A DNA stretch of 64,000 nucleotides, from NCBI RefSeq assembly GCF_000006765.1, contig NC_002516.2. One strand, 5' to 3'. The position numbers and the translations under genes are program-made. The notes beneath the pieces were generated by a model, which ran no database searches, was not told the DNA's origin, and saw only the letters and a program-made list of their open reading frames with translations. Shown piece by piece: positions 62,365 to 64,000 of this stretch (position 1 is the stretch's first letter; every line of letters begins with the position of its first letter). The stretch is from Pseudomonas aeruginosa PAO1. GTDB taxonomy: Bacteria > Pseudomonadota > Gammaproteobacteria > Pseudomonadales > Pseudomonadaceae.

Positions 62365-62904
62365 TCAGGTGAAGTCCAGGTCGTAATGCGCCTGGCCACA
62401 GTGCAGGCAGTCGAAGCGGTAGATGGCCGGATTGCCGCCGGGCGTATAGGCGTCGACGAGGCGTTGCCAGGTGATAGCCGGCCAGGCGAAATCGGCGAAA
62501 CGCTGCGCCAGGCCCTCGGCTCCCAGTTGCCCGATTTCCTCACGCCCCGCGTCGCCGCGAAAGGCGCAGGCATCCTCGCAGCAAACCAGCCAGCGCTCCT
62601 GCTGCCAGGAGGTGTAGCCGGGCGTGCGCTCGCAGACTTCGGTGACGATATCCGCGGCGACGCCGGCGTCGAGCAGCGGATAGTCGTCGGAAAAGCTCGC
62701 TTCGTAGCGCGCGGCCGCGCTGCCGTCGGCTATGCACCAGGGGCAAAGGCTGCCGGGCGGCAACTCGTGGCGGGAATAGGGCGAACCGGTGTAGACGTAG
62801 CCACGAGCCTTGCCACAGCACTGGCAGGTGGTGGCGGAAGCCTCGATGCTGCCGCTGGCGAGCGGTTCGGGATGGTAGCGGAAGTGAGGAAGGGGAGGGT
62901 TCAT
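62365..62904 (-). CDS. CbrC/UPF0167-family Cys-rich protein
   Basis: FRYHP.P, CQCCG, LCPWCIADGSAA, RTPGY.SWQQE.WL.CC.DAC, CLHC. Confidence 0.85.
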   Translation of the reverse strand: MNPPLPHFRYHPEPLASGSIEASATTCQCCGKARGYVYTGSPYSRHELPPGSLCPWCIADGSAAARYEASFSDDYPLLDAGVAADIVTEVCERTPGYTSWQQERWLVCCEDACAFRGDAGREEIGQLGAEGLAQRFADFAWPAITWQRLVDAYTPGGNPAIYRFDCLHCGQAHYDLDFT

Positions 62905-62977
62905 GACGGCCGTGCCCTGGAGACTGGCCGTCGAGTATGACGTGCCGGGCAGCCTAGCGGCTACCCGGCGGGCCTGT

Positions 62978-63865
62978 TCACTCGCTGGCTTCGCGGGCGC
63001 CCTGGGGGCTCTTCGGGCGCGGCGCGAAGCGCGCTGCCAGGCGCATGCTGGCGGTGACCAGGCGCTGGTAGAGCACTGGTGCCAGGCGCAGCATCACGTC
63101 GATCGCGTGGGCGTCGGTGCCGATCAGGATGCGCCGGCTGTCGCGCTGCACGCCGCGCAGGATGACCTGGGCGGCCTTCTCCGGGGTGGTCCGCAGCAAC
63201 TGGTCGTTGAATTGCTCGCGAGCCTTGTCCGGAGCCTGGCCGGTGACCTTGGCCATGCTCTCGTTCATTCGCGCGGTCTTGGCGATGTTGGTCTTGATCC
63301 CGCCGGGATGCACGCAACTGGCGGAGACGCCGGAGTCCTCCATGTCCAGTTCCTGGCGCAACGACTCGGTGAAGCCGCGCACCGCGTACTTGGTGGCGTT
63401 GTAGGCGCTCATGCCGGGCTGGGCGAACAGCCCGAAGACGCTGGAGACATTGACCACGTGGCCGTTGCCGGAGGCCTTCAGGTGCGGAAGGAACGCCTTG
63501 GTGCCGTTCACCACGCCCCAGAAGTTGATGTTCATGATCCACTCGTATTCCGAGTAGTCGCTGCCTTCCACGGTACCTGCGTGGGCGACGCCCGCGTTGT
63601 TGAAAATCAGGTTCACCCGGCCATGTTCGCTGGCCGCCTTGTCGGCCCAGGCCTGCACCTGCTCGCGGTCGGCCACGTCGACGACCGCGGTGGAGACGCG
63701 TACCCCGCTGCTGGCGAGCAATTGGCGGGTTTCCTCGAGAGCTGCGGCATTGACGTCGGCCAGGGCCAGGTGACAACCCTGCCTGCCCAGCTCCACGGCC
63801 AGGGCGCGACCGATGCCCGAGCCTGCGCCGGTGATGGCGGCGACTTTGTTTTCGAACGACTTCAT
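62978..63865 (-). CDS. Short-chain dehydrogenase/reductase
   Basis: Start reset to MKSFENK; TGAGSGIG, NNAGV, NVSS, YNATK. Confidence 0.93.
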   Translation of the reverse strand: MKSFENKVAAITGAGSGIGRALAVELGRQGCHLALADVNAAALEETRQLLASSGVRVSTAVVDVADREQVQAWADKAASEHGRVNLIFNNAGVAHAGTVEGSDYSEYEWIMNINFWGVVNGTKAFLPHLKASGNGHVVNVSSVFGLFAQPGMSAYNATKYAVRGFTESLRQELDMEDSGVSASCVHPGGIKTNIAKTARMNESMAKVTGQAPDKAREQFNDQLLRTTPEKAAQVILRGVQRDSRRILIGTDAHAIDVMLRLAPVLYQRLVTASMRLAARFAPRPKSPQGAREASE

Positions 63866-64000
63866 GCGGGTACCCCTTCGGCCTGTTGGCGGGCTTCGTT
63901 GCTCAGGGCGGCGAGCGGTGTCGTGGTGAGGTGGTAGGCGGAGGCGTCGAACTGCCGGGTCAGGGCACGGAAGCGCCAGGTGAATCCCGGCCACAGGGTG
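63862..64000 (-). CDS. 3' end of a flavin-containing (Baeyer-Villiger-type) monooxygenase (partial)
   Basis: TLWPGFTWRFRALTRQFDASAY C-terminal motif; ATGA overlap with the SDR gene. Confidence 0.7.
   Translation of the reverse strand, partial: TLWPGFTWRFRALTRQFDASAYHLTTTPLAALSNEARQQAEGVPA

Overview
A GC-rich Pseudomonas aeruginosa chromosomal segment. From recall, the gene order matches PAO1 PA1485-PA1538; this was not database-checked. Blocks in order: (1) end of a permease gene and a DmpA/BapF aminopeptidase; (2) an uncharacterised cluster of a glycerol-kinase-like enzyme, two flavoproteins, a DeoR regulator, an EutH-like permease and a DUF1937-like gene; (3) cysP, muiA, an HD hydrolase, a K+ channel and a urea transporter; (4) a purine-to-pyruvate catabolic supercluster (gcl-hyi-glxR-glycerate kinase-pykF, RutR-like and GntR regulators, moaA2, two NCS2 permeases, puuD-allA-alc-OHCU decarboxylase-puuE, uraH, guaD, xdhABC) split by a low-GC T6SS island (hcp-vgrG-tle4-tli4-PAAR); (5) alkB2, gntR-smc-zipA-ligA, ffs, dnaX-ybaB-recR and fatty-acid oxidation genes. 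The best leads are read directly from non-coding sequence: two recurrent palindromic operator families (TTGTATACAA and TGACY-N4-RGTCA) placed on the promoters of the purine cluster; a sigma54/IHF/enhancer layout upstream of hcp; a deletion scar joining an SDR and an HxlR gene remnant; a sigma54-driven amino-polyol-like catabolic cluster; and stacked intergenic hairpins. No CRISPR array, tRNA, rRNA or IS element was seen.
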